Source: a virus (Duplodnaviria; Caudoviricetes). From it: a stretch of 32,041 bases of DNA. This document shows, piece after piece, positions 18,034 through 26,194 of this stretch. Below the pieces are notes generated by a model. It was not told the origin of the DNA and ran no database searches. It saw nothing but the letters and a program-made list of their open reading frames with translations. Made by a program: the position numbers and the translations under genes. Positions within the stretch are counted from its first letter, which is position 1. Each line of letters begins with the position of its first letter. The stretch covers positions 1 through 32,041 of the IMG/VR virus record IMGVR_UViG_3300046050_000096; one strand, 5' to 3'.

Positions 18034-19296
18034 TCAAAGCGCCGCCGAAGCGGTGCGGAGGCCCTGCTGCCTGCCCGCCAGGTGCGAGAAGAGCGCGTAG
18101 CGAGTGCCGTCGAGGCCGTGGTCGTTGCGCTTGGCTGGCTTGTCCTCGCCACGCTCCTGGGCCCGCTCGTCCCAGACGTACGAGCTGAACTCTCCACGCA
18201 GCTCTTCGCACTGCGGCTGCACTTGCAAATGCGGCGCTCCGGTAGGCACCGCCTCCGACGAAAGCATCGACGCAACGTAGCGGATGCCGTCGAGAACGCT
18301 GTTGTCGGCCTCCTTCACGGGAAGCCCGCGCGAGCGACACTCCGCAATGAAGCTCGCCGCCGACGGGTCGATGTAGATGGGGCTGCGCCTCGGCATCTCC
18401 TCGGTGAAGTCGGCCAGGTCGTCGGCGTGCTCCGCGTCGGTCTTCTGGCCCTCACGCCGGCCGTCGTGGTAGCGCTCCCGCAGGACGTGGGCCTTTGGCG
18501 GCTTCTCGCCCGGCTTGCGTTTGGGCCAGACGGCGATGTCGTGGAAGGTGCAGGGGTTGGAGGTGCCATAGTCCACGCCAACGACACGCTGCGGCGCCTC
18601 CTCCTCGCAGGGAGCCACGTGCACGTCCTCGTCCCACATGTCGTACACGGCTCCCGCCGCCTGCACCCAGAGCCCCTCGATGAAGCGCTGATGCCAGAGC
18701 CCCGTGTACTCCGCTTTCAGCCCGCGCACGTAGTCGGAGCCCAGGAAGATGTTGTCGCTCAACTCGAAGCGCCACTGGCGGAGGTCGAGCTCGCCCTCGC
18801 GGTCCAGAAAATCCGTCTTGAGCCAGTGGTACGGGCTGTCGGTGTTCGTCGTCCCGAAGAGCTTCGCGCCTCGCACCGACATCCGCGCGAGGACCTGCTT
18901 GAAAAAACTCTCCGGCATGAGGGTGATTTCGTTGCAGAGCGCGCCGGCGAGCGTCATACCGCGGATCTTGTTTTCCGCCTGCGCGTCGTTGGCCCCTTCC
19001 AGCTCGATTCGGCGGCCGGCGATGCGCGCTTCCTTTTTTCCCAAGCTGTACTCGACGACGCCGGCGCCGAAGGTATCCAGGGCAGGCCGCAGGACGTTGC
19101 GCTCCAGCGCCTTCATCGTCTTGCCGGCCATCAGGAGATCGCCGGGCGGCCCTTTGCGGACGTAGTGGAGCCAACGGTAGAGCTCCAGTCCCACCGTCTT
19201 GCCGGCACGCACGGGGCCCCACGCGATGTTGATGCGCGCGATACTCTCCCGCAGCGTGCGGAGCTGCATCGGCGAGAGGATCGGTTTGCTCATCAC
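18034..19296 (-). CDS. terL: Terminase large subunit, PBSX family (420 aa)
   Basis: Walker A GPVRAGKT, IRGMTLAGALCNE, TTN coupling motif, nuclease GVDYG, IDPSA and NDHGLDGTRY. Confidence 0.95.
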   Translation of the reverse strand: MMSKPILSPMQLRTLRESIARINIAWGPVRAGKTVGLELYRWLHYVRKGPPGDLLMAGKTMKALERNVLRPALDTFGAGVVEYSLGKKEARIAGRRIELEGANDAQAENKIRGMTLAGALCNEITLMPESFFKQVLARMSVRGAKLFGTTNTDSPYHWLKTDFLDREGELDLRQWRFELSDNIFLGSDYVRGLKAEYTGLWHQRFIEGLWVQAAGAVYDMWDEDVHVAPCEEEAPQRVVGVDYGTSNPCTFHDIAVWPKRKPGEKPPKAHVLRERYHDGRREGQKTDAEHADDLADFTEEMPRRSPIYIDPSAASFIAECRSRGLPVKEADNSVLDGIRYVASMLSSEAVPTGAPHLQVQPQCEELRGEFSSYVWDERAQERGEDKPAKRNDHGLDGTRYALFSHLAGRQQGLRTASAAL

Positions 19297-19871
19297 CCCA
19301 CCTCCGGCGTTTCGTAGTCGTCGGCGTGGCCATCAGCGAGCGCGTCCATGCGCTCCAGGAGGCGCTTCAGCTCTTCGCCTTCGGCGTCTTGGTCGGCCAC
19401 GCGGTAGCGGTCGCGCAGAAGCTGGCGCAGGCGCCCCTGGACGCGCGTGATCGCGTCCTCGATGTCTTGGATGCGCTCCAGGTTGGCCTGACGATGCTCT
19501 TTGGTCAGATCGACTGGCCCTTCAGCGCGCTGCCCGTTTTCGGTGATGATCTCCGTCGTCGAGAAGTCCTCACCGCGCAGGCGCCCGAGGCGCGCCTGCA
19601 TCCGGCGGAGACGCACGCGGCAGTATCGGATCTGCTCGTCGAGCATCGGGAGTGCGGCCGGATCGGTGCCCTGCCACACCGCGCGCTCCGATTCCGACAG
19701 CGCGCCCGCGAAAATCGCCTCGTGCTCGCCGGTCGTTACAGCGTTCTTGTTGCCGGCTGGGGCCCCCTCATTCGTGCCACCGTGCATCCGGCAACGGCCG
19801 TTCGGCATCGCCCAGGCGCGGCAGGGGTCGCCGCTTTTCGTCTTTGCTCCGCACCGCTCCTTCTGGGGCAT
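19293..19871 (-). CDS. terS: Terminase small subunit with N-terminal HGGxSTG-like domain (192 aa)
   Basis: RCGAKTKSGDPC...NGRCRMHGG and GAPAGNKNAVTTG; overlaps the TerL start. Confidence 0.85.
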   Translation of the reverse strand: MPQKERCGAKTKSGDPCRAWAMPNGRCRMHGGTNEGAPAGNKNAVTTGEHEAIFAGALSESERAVWQGTDPAALPMLDEQIRYCRVRLRRMQARLGRLRGEDFSTTEIITENGQRAEGPVDLTKEHRQANLERIQDIEDAITRVQGRLRQLLRDRYRVADQDAEGEELKRLLERMDALADGHADDYETPEVG

Positions 19872-19896
19872 TGCATGACATTGTTTTCGGATTTAC

Positions 19897-20472
19897 TTAC
19901 CAATCGAGCGTAAACGGACGGACGCGCACGCCGAACGCAACGCCGCGCCGGCCGCCTTCCGCCAGGCGGTAGCCCGCGTGCAGCTCGACGCGACGCCACC
20001 GAAGGCCAGCGCCGGCGCCAGCACGAAAGCCCAGCGGCCCCCAGCCGGTAGCGGCGTAAGGGTACAGCTCCCAATGCTCTTCCGGCACCGCGTATTCGGC
20101 CTGCTCGAAGCGAGAAGCGGCGGGGTTAAAGGTCGTGAGCGTCACGCTCGGGTCCGAAAAGACACCGCCGCCCTTCACCTGGAGCGGCGCGTTGCTGACG
20201 AGCCCATCGGTCTCGAAGTCTTTCGGCCGGGCGTAGCAGTCGCGCACGGTGTCGGTCCGCGTCTCGTAGATGGTGCGCTCAACCGGCCGCGTGCGCGTCA
20301 CCGTGTCGGTGCGCGTGATCGTGCGCTCGGCATAGACGGTGTCCGTCTGCGCAGGCGCGGCGGATGTTCGCGCGCGGGTCTCTGGCTCCTGGCAGCCGCG
20401 GAGCTGCCAGGCGAGCGCGAAGACGGCGGCGAGCATTGCCAGGAGGCCGGCGATGCGAAGAGGGCTATTCAT
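19897..20472 (-). CDS. Lysis-cassette membrane protein, possibly spanin-like (191 aa)
   Basis: N-terminal hydrophobic helix ending LRGC, Thr-rich DTV linker, C-terminal amphipathic beta strands ending in Trp; third gene after amidase and holin. Confidence 0.6.
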   Translation of the reverse strand: MNSPLRIAGLLAMLAAVFALAWQLRGCQEPETRARTSAAPAQTDTVYAERTITRTDTVTRTRPVERTIYETRTDTVRDCYARPKDFETDGLVSNAPLQVKGGGVFSDPSVTLTTFNPAASRFEQAEYAVPEEHWELYPYAATGWGPLGFRAGAGAGLRWRRVELHAGYRLAEGGRRGVAFGVRVRPFTLDW

Positions 20473-20971
20473 CGCTATTCTGGGATTTGATCTCGGGAAG
20501 ATCGGGGAGCATGTGGTCGGCGCGCTTTTTTCCGACGGCATTTTCGTAGCAAGAGACGCCTTCGGTGATGCAAATGTAGATCATGGTCGCCTGCCCCCAG
20601 ATGGCTGCCGCGTCGGGCACGACCGCAGAATGGCGGATCGCGTCGGACACGAGGAGGCCGACGATCACAACAGCCGCATACTCGATCACCTTCCACCCCG
20701 TCGCGCGGAGGTGCCCGCTCTTGATAGACTGGCCGTCGCGCCAGGCGCGGACCAGGCCGGCCGCCAGGTCACACGCGACGATGGCCCCGGTCAGAAGCAT
20801 CAGCTCGCTGTGTCGGCCGATCGCGCTGGCGTAGAGGCCGAGCACATACAGGACTTTTTGCCAGAGCACCCCGAGGACGGTGGCGACGGGCAACTTGACC
20901 TGCCAGCTTTCGATGAGGCTGGCGAGCGGGCTGGCGACGAGCTGGTAGACTTTTTCGGTGGGCGAAAGCAT
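20465..20971 (-). CDS. Holin (phage holin 4 / TcdE-like, 168 aa)
   Basis: Several TM segments; DLAAGL..AW, IKSGHLR..GWK and EGVSCYEN motifs; TGATG overlap with the amidase. Confidence 0.85.
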   Translation of the reverse strand: MLSPTEKVYQLVASPLASLIESWQVKLPVATVLGVLWQKVLYVLGLYASAIGRHSELMLLTGAIVACDLAAGLVRAWRDGQSIKSGHLRATGWKVIEYAAVVIVGLLVSDAIRHSAVVPDAAAIWGQATMIYICITEGVSCYENAVGKKRADHMLPDLPEIKSQNSDE

Positions 20972-21579
20972 CAGGAAAGCGTGGCGGCGTATTCGGAAGC
21001 GGTGCGGGCGTAGGCGCGGGCGAGCATTTCTTTCCGCTCCACCGCGCGCTGCCAGTCGCGCCGGTTTGAGCCAAAGAAGGGCTCGCAGATGATCGTCGGC
21101 ATCGTCGTGCCCCAGAGAAGCGTTCCGCCGCGCTCGCCCTCGGCGCGTGGCTTTGCGCCGCGCCGCGGCAGCCCCAGAGCGTCGACGATCTCGTCGAGGG
21201 CAATTTTGGCCAGGTGCTGTCCCTCCCCGCTGACGGAGCAGAAAAGCGTCTCGCTGCCGGTGGCCATGAAATCCACGCTGTTGAAGTGCAACTCCATCGC
21301 GAAGTCCGCGCCGGTGGCGTTCACTTTGTCGGGGAGGTCGCTGTACCCGCCCGGATAATCCCCGCGCCGCACGACCTCGACGCGCACGTCCTGGACAGAA
21401 GCGGCCACGCTCTGCGCGATGGGCGTGTTGAAGTCGTACTCCGTGACGCCGCCCACCGACGCCGCGCCGGGCGAAGACGGGCGATGGCCGACGATGAGGG
21501 CACACTTTGGAGCGTCGGGATCGGGGCAGGTCATGAGCGGCGGGCAGGTGTAGGGGGTGTGCGTGCCCGGTCCTACCAT
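20971..21579 (-). CDS. Endolysin, N-acetylmuramoyl-L-alanine amidase (Amidase_3); true start may be 21534
   Basis: Zn-amidase motifs LIVGH, TEYDFN, ELHFNS and ICEPFFGSN. Confidence 0.92.
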   Translation of the reverse strand: MVGPGTHTPYTCPPLMTCPDPDAPKCALIVGHRPSSPGAASVGGVTEYDFNTPIAQSVAASVQDVRVEVVRRGDYPGGYSDLPDKVNATGADFAMELHFNSVDFMATGSETLFCSVSGEGQHLAKIALDEIVDALGLPRRGAKPRAEGERGGTLLWGTTMPTIICEPFFGSNRRDWQRAVERKEMLARAYARTASEYAATLS

Positions 21580-21595
21580 GCGTCCCCACCGGCCC

Positions 21596-21700
21596 GTTTC
21601 GCACTTTGTGACAAAAGCTTACCCATAAACTTGTGGCACTATTTGTTATAAATGATGTAACACACAGGCAAGCCAACGGCTCCACACCTCCGCAACAGAC
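21596..21700. promoter_or_regulatory. AT-rich divergent control region between the late operon and the Mor-like activator
   Basis: Only divergent junction in the window; palindrome TTTGT-G-ACAAA at 21605-21615. Confidence 0.6.
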
Positions 21701-22084
21701 ATGAACGACGACGACTTCGCGGCTCTCCTGGACCTCCAGCGCCACCTGAACAACGAGACGGGGGAGGTTGGAGACGTGATCAGCGCCGCGCTCCTCAACG
21801 AGCTGGGGCCGGAGTCTCAGGAAGACGCGCTGGAGCTGGCAATGGCCGCCGTTGCGCGCCTCGTCGAGCACTTCGACGGGCGGCGCGTCCACATCTCTTC
21901 CATCAAGCGCGCGAAGGACGCGATCCGCAAGGATAAAGCCCGGCGGCTGTTTGCGGAGGGGGCATCCAGGCGGCAGGTCACGGCCCGGACGGGCCTCTCT
22001 CCCTACCAGGCCCGGCAGGTGCGGGCGGAAATGGAAGCCGACTGCGACGGCGGGCCGCTGGCTGAGGCGCGCGCAGAAGCGTAG
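21701..22084 (+). CDS. Mor/C-family transcription activator-like protein (127 aa)
   Basis: LVEHFDGRRVHI (Mor dimerisation-like motif) followed by HTH GASRRQVTARTGLSPYQARQV. Confidence 0.75.
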   Translation: MNDDDFAALLDLQRHLNNETGEVGDVISAALLNELGPESQEDALELAMAAVARLVEHFDGRRVHISSIKRAKDAIRKDKARRLFAEGASRRQVTARTGLSPYQARQVRAEMEADCDGGPLAEARAEA

Positions 22085-22095
22085 AGCGGGGCTGC

Positions 22096-22119
22096 TTTAC
22101 AAAACACGTCTTTTGTTAA
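22096..22119. other. Putative tyrosine recombinase core site (9-6-9 inverted repeat)
   Basis: TTTACAAAA-CACGTC-TTTTGTTAA, arms 8/9 complementary, 20 nt upstream of the recombinase start. Confidence 0.6.
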
Positions 22120-22139
22120 CTTCGGCTCGCTGGACACCG

Positions 22140-22964
22140 ATGGACACGGCCGAAACCATTGTGGGCGCATGGCTGGCCGGTCGCCCCGAATCCACTGCCG
22201 ATGAGTACCGCCGCGACGCGCTGCGCTTTCGGCGAAGCGCCGGCGAAGACCTGGCGAGTGTCGGACGCGCAGGCGTCCAAGCGTGGCTCGACGAGCTGGG
22301 CGAGGAACTGGCCGCCTCGACGGTACGGCGCAAGCTGGCGGCCCTCTCCTCGCTCTTCGCGTTCATGCAGGCGGAGGGGCTGCGCGAGGACAACCCGGCC
22401 CTCCGCTGCCGCGCCCCGAAAGCCCGCTCACGCCTTTCGGAGAAGATCCTCACCCGCCGGCAGGTGCGCCACCTGTGCTACATCGGCGCGGAGGCCGGGC
22501 GGGACCGCCTGATGCTACGCACCCTCTACGCCCTGGCTTTGCGCACCTCGGAGTTGGTGTCCATCGAGGCGCGCGACGTGCGCCCCGCCGAAGGCGAGGA
22601 GCCACGCGAGGCCGGCCTGGTGGACCTCTACGGCAAAGGCCAGAAGGAGGCGACGTTGCGCATGCAGGGGCCGCCGTGGCCCTTGCTCTGGAAACGCGCC
22701 GGGGAGTCCAGCCCCGGCGGGGCGCTCTTCGACGTGAGCCGGCAGACGGTCTACAACGTCACGAAGCGCGCGGCGAAGCGCGCTGGCCTGCCCGAAAAGG
22801 TCAGCCCGCACTGGCTTCGCCACAGCGCGGCCTCGCACATGCTCGACGCCGGCGCGCCGGCGCATGAGGTGCGCGATTACCTACGCCATTCATCGCTGGA
22901 GACGACGTCGCGGTACGCACACGCGCGACCCGAAGCCAGCCCCGGCGCGGCGCTTTCGGCGTAG
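22140..22964 (+). CDS. Tyrosine recombinase, XerC/XerD-like (274 aa)
   Basis: SAM-like N-domain (STVRRKLAALSSLF); catalytic R (LRTSEL), K (GKGQK), HxxR (HWLRH), H (LRHSS) and Y (TSRYAH). Confidence 0.93.
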   Translation: MDTAETIVGAWLAGRPESTADEYRRDALRFRRSAGEDLASVGRAGVQAWLDELGEELAASTVRRKLAALSSLFAFMQAEGLREDNPALRCRAPKARSRLSEKILTRRQVRHLCYIGAEAGRDRLMLRTLYALALRTSELVSIEARDVRPAEGEEPREAGLVDLYGKGQKEATLRMQGPPWPLLWKRAGESSPGGALFDVSRQTVYNVTKRAAKRAGLPEKVSPHWLRHSAASHMLDAGAPAHEVRDYLRHSSLETTSRYAHARPEASPGAALSA

Positions 22965-23282
22965 CTATCCCTGCTGCTGCCACGCCCGCCGCACCTTCTC
23001 CCAGCTCGCGCGGTCGCAGTCCATCCCGAGCGGCAGGTGCTCCTTGCCCTCCGCCCGTGCCCAGTCGTCGCGCCTGAAGGCGCGCTCGACGTCGCGCCGT
23101 ATCGTCTTGCGCGCCCAACTGGAAAGCTGCGGCCACGCTTCCGCCAATGCATCGCAGTGCAGCGCAACGGCGTAGGTCCTGCGCCCGAGCATATAGCGCG
23201 TGGCGGAGACCAGAAGGTCTTCCATGTCGAAGCCGAGCGTTTCAGCCGACGGGTCGGTGCGTTCGCTAATGGAGGTACTCAT
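22965..23282 (-). CDS. Hypothetical phage protein (105 aa)
   Basis: ATGA overlap with the upstream gene; RYMLGRRTYAV segment; stop abuts the recombinase stop. Confidence 0.7.
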   Translation of the reverse strand: MSTSISERTDPSAETLGFDMEDLLVSATRYMLGRRTYAVALHCDALAEAWPQLSSWARKTIRRDVERAFRRDDWARAEGKEHLPLGMDCDRASWEKVRRAWQQQG

Positions 23283-23569
23283 TGTTCGGCGGCTTTTGCT
23301 TGCGTCGTTCGAGTATAGTCTTGTCGGGAAATGTCGCATCTGCACTCAGGGCACCACGCGAAGAAGCCCTTCCCCCAGCACTCGCGGCACACCTCGGTGT
23401 AGCCGTGCGGGTAGTAGAGGGGCGCCTCGCGGTGCAAGTCGTAGTATCCGTTGCGGCATCCTTTCCAGCAGTCTTGCCAGAGGGTCGGCGCGTGGCCGCA
23501 CTCCGGGCAGCGGCGCTCGGATCGTCGGACGTGATCGGTCATCGAGTCGCTGGTGTTTCGCGCGAGCAT
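23279..23569 (-). CDS. Cys-rich putative zinc-binding protein (96 aa)
   Basis: CPECG, CWKGC, CRECWG and CPEC motifs. Confidence 0.7.
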   Translation of the reverse strand: MLARNTSDSMTDHVRRSERRCPECGHAPTLWQDCWKGCRNGYYDLHREAPLYYPHGYTEVCRECWGKGFFAWCPECRCDISRQDYTRTTQAKAAEQ

Positions 23570-23618
23570 TATCGTGCGTGCTTGCCGGTGAAGAGATCAG
23601 GCGTGTCAGGATCGCGCA

Positions 23619-25505
23619 TCACGTCCCCCCCCCCCCTGTGGCCTCAACCACCTCAACATCGTCTTGCACGACTTCTCCTGGTCCTTCTTCTTCACCGATC
23701 TTCTTTTTCGCCGCACGAATACAGTCGAGCGCTTGGCACAGGTGGACTGCAAAAGGCGCCTCCACTGCCTCTGCCTGCTCGTGTAGCTCTTCGATCTGCA
23801 AAAATACTTTGGATAGAAGTGACTTGAAGTTGGAGTGCTTGCTGGCCTGCCTTTGTGCTACGAACCCATCCTCGCCATCTCTTTTCAAATCGGCTCGCGG
23901 GTGCGGCGACATCGTGTTAGGGTTTGGCAGAGGTAATCCATCGCCGCTGGGGGTGCCGCCTCCTGAGGGCTGCGCGTCAGCTGCGTCGCCTCCTGCGCCT
24001 TCGGCAGCCTCCTGCGCTTTCGGTAGCCACTCGTCTTTGAGTTTCGTCTGCACGGCCATCGTGCGATGCTTCAAGCGCGAGAGCGCAAAGATCTCGTCTT
24101 GGTACCTCACCTTCATGAGCTGCGTCTCGACCTCGCCGATCTGCTCACGCACCCACGTCTCGCGACGGTCGATCCCGCGTAGGATTTCTTTCACCCGCTT
24201 GCAATACTTTTGTACTTCGACGAGCGGCTGCCCCGAATAATTGCCTTCGGCCCACTCCTCGACATGCCCCACCTCACCGCGGAACGTGCCTCCTTCGGGC
24301 TGGTCTTTCTGCTGCTGCACGTCTGCTTCCGCCAGCGCTTTGCGGAGGGCCTCTGTGCCGTGCTGCTTGAGCTTCGAGATGCTGTCGTCGATGCCGTGCC
24401 GCTCACGGAGCGCCGCCGCTGCTTCCGATGCGGAAAGGTCGCTGGCGTCTTCGCTTTCGTCAGCCTCTGGCGTTTCGCCTTCCGCCTGAATTTCGGCACC
24501 GCTCCGGGTGTCCTCTGGAGCGTGAGAACTGTCGTGGCGTGCCTTCCTTTTCTGCTCCAGTTTTCTCTTCATCGAGTGCGCCGCCTCGGCCGCTTCGCGC
24601 CAGGTGTTTTGCAGGCCGGTGATCAGATAGTCGTCGTCTCCCGGATCGCCGCGCTGCGCGACGTAGCCCTGTGAGGAGTCTCTTACCGTGATCGTGATTC
24701 GCCAGCCTTCCGGCAGGCGCTCCCGTTCGACCTCGCGGTCAAGAGTAGCCACGGCGTCAGCTACTCGCTCGCGGATCGCATCGGAAGCCATGTCGTGCTC
24801 CGCAGCGGCGCGCAGGATCTCTTTCGGGTGATGCGGCGAGTCTTCGCCCCACTCCGCAGCCTTCTCCCGCTGTTCGTCAGTCATCTCGTTCAGCGAGAGA
24901 AACGCCCGCGCCTGCCGCTCCGAAAAAGTGCCTTCTTGCAGGTGCATCCGTACTGCTTTGGGCAGCTTCAGCAGGCGCAACTTATTCGCCACCGTCGAGC
25001 GCCCGATGCCCAGGTGCTCCGCCGCCTCCACCTGCGTCCAGTCGTGCCGGTCGATGCGTCCTTCGATGGCCCGCGCCTCTTCGAGCGGCGTGAGGTCCTT
25101 GCGGTCACGGTTCTCGCTCCATGCGAGCATGTCCATCCGGTGGTCACTGATCTCGCTGCGCCTCACGCGCATCATGCCACGGGCGACGACGTCGTACTCG
25201 GAGTCGCGTGCCGCGAGCACCTCGTGAGCACGCTTCCGGCGGTGGCCGAAGGCGAGCTGCACACGAAGCTGCTCGGCCTGCATCGTCTCGGCCACGGTGC
25301 GAGCGTGGGAGTGCAAGAAATCCCAATGGGAGCGTTCGATCAGCTGACCTTCCTCGTCGACTACTCGGCCGAGAGGCAGTTGCAGCAGCCCCTCGCGCTC
25401 GATGTTGTCGGCAAGAGCTTCGATTTCGGCATCATCATAGCGGTGGCGCGGCTGGTACGGGTTGTCGTCGATCAGGTCGAGGGGAACGGGGACTCCTTTT
25501 CGCAT
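23619..25505 (-). CDS. ParB/RepB/Spo0J-family protein with long C-terminal extension (628 aa)
   Basis: NPYQPR, GLLQ, GHRR, ENRDRKDLTPLEEA and HTH WTQVEAAEHLGIGRSTVANKLRLL. Confidence 0.9.
   Translation of the reverse strand: MRKGVPVPLDLIDDNPYQPRHRYDDAEIEALADNIEREGLLQLPLGRVVDEEGQLIERSHWDFLHSHARTVAETMQAEQLRVQLAFGHRRKRAHEVLAARDSEYDVVARGMMRVRRSEISDHRMDMLAWSENRDRKDLTPLEEARAIEGRIDRHDWTQVEAAEHLGIGRSTVANKLRLLKLPKAVRMHLQEGTFSERQARAFLSLNEMTDEQREKAAEWGEDSPHHPKEILRAAAEHDMASDAIRERVADAVATLDREVERERLPEGWRITITVRDSSQGYVAQRGDPGDDDYLITGLQNTWREAAEAAHSMKRKLEQKRKARHDSSHAPEDTRSGAEIQAEGETPEADESEDASDLSASEAAAALRERHGIDDSISKLKQHGTEALRKALAEADVQQQKDQPEGGTFRGEVGHVEEWAEGNYSGQPLVEVQKYCKRVKEILRGIDRRETWVREQIGEVETQLMKVRYQDEIFALSRLKHRTMAVQTKLKDEWLPKAQEAAEGAGGDAADAQPSGGGTPSGDGLPLPNPNTMSPHPRADLKRDGEDGFVAQRQASKHSNFKSLLSKVFLQIEELHEQAEAVEAPFAVHLCQALDCIRAAKKKIGEEEGPGEVVQDDVEVVEATGGGGT
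23625..23636 (-). repeat. G12 homopolymer just before the ParB stop codon
   Basis: Twelve consecutive C on the + strand. Confidence 0.9.
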
Positions 25506-25616
25506 GGCGTGTGTGGTGGTTTGTGAGTGTTCGCGCGGAAACAATTGGGATGGTCTATGTGACCTCTTCAGTTGTCTCTTTCGTTGAATGACTCATCCTG
25601 GGTCGTGTCTATGAAA

Positions 25617-25841
25617 TCAGAGCGATCCATCTTGGACTCCTTGAACAATTTCCGAAGGGCGGACAGGAATATCGGCAACATCAAGATCGTATCGTGCAGC
25701 AAGCTTTCTCGCCAGACGCTCCTCTTGCTTCTGCACCTTATCAGCCTCGCCCACCGTCAGACCTTTAGACGGCGCATCGTTATGCGTGAGCATTCGTGTA
25801 GCAAAGAGCGTCGCTATTTTTCGTGCGTCTCGTTTGGTCAT
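25617..25841 (-). CDS. Hypothetical protein (74 aa)
   Basis: Fills a gap in the co-oriented early operon. Confidence 0.6.
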   Translation of the reverse strand: MTKRDARKIATLFATRMLTHNDAPSKGLTVGEADKVQKQEERLARKLAARYDLDVADIPVRPSEIVQGVQDGSL

Positions 25842-25868
25842 GGGACGATATCGTATTGGGGGACAGGG

Positions 25869-26138
25869 TCAGGCGGAGTACTCATCGTCGATGATGATGC
25901 GGGGCATCTGGCGGCGGCCTTCGGTGACGAGGACGTCGCGGTCGCCGGTAAAGAGGTTGATGCGGTAGAGCAGCTGGCGCATGGCATCAGTTTTGACGTG
26001 ACCGAGTGAGGTGTAGACGCAGACTCGGGCCCGGCCGGGGGCGACGTGGACGTAGCAGTTCGCCTTGTCCACGCCTGCGCGGTTGAAGGCTTCCCGGATT
26101 GCGCGTTCGCGCCAAGTGTCGTTCCATTGTCTCATCAT
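25869..26138 (-). CDS. Hypothetical protein (89 aa)
   Basis: Fills a gap in the co-oriented early operon. Confidence 0.65.
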   Translation of the reverse strand: MMRQWNDTWRERAIREAFNRAGVDKANCYVHVAPGRARVCVYTSLGHVKTDAMRQLLYRINLFTGDRDVLVTEGRRQMPRIIIDDEYSA

Positions 26139-26194
26139 GCTTTCTCACTTTTGTCATCATCACGCGAAGGTGTGGCGGGACTGGAGCGGCGGCG

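Noticed and set aside
18925-18945. TerL Walker B reads CNE rather than xDE
   Set aside because: The catalytic Glu is retained, all other motifs are intact, and NE variants occur in PBSX-type terminases; not evidence of inactivation.
20972-21892. N-terminal extension of the 475-aa holin ORF in the track
   Set aside because: It overlaps the amidase, the intergenic region and the Mor-like gene; holin features begin at the coupled ATG at 20971.
21600-22970. Invertible segment around the plus-strand island
   Set aside because: No pair of flanking inverted repeats was found by eye; only a single internal palindromic site.
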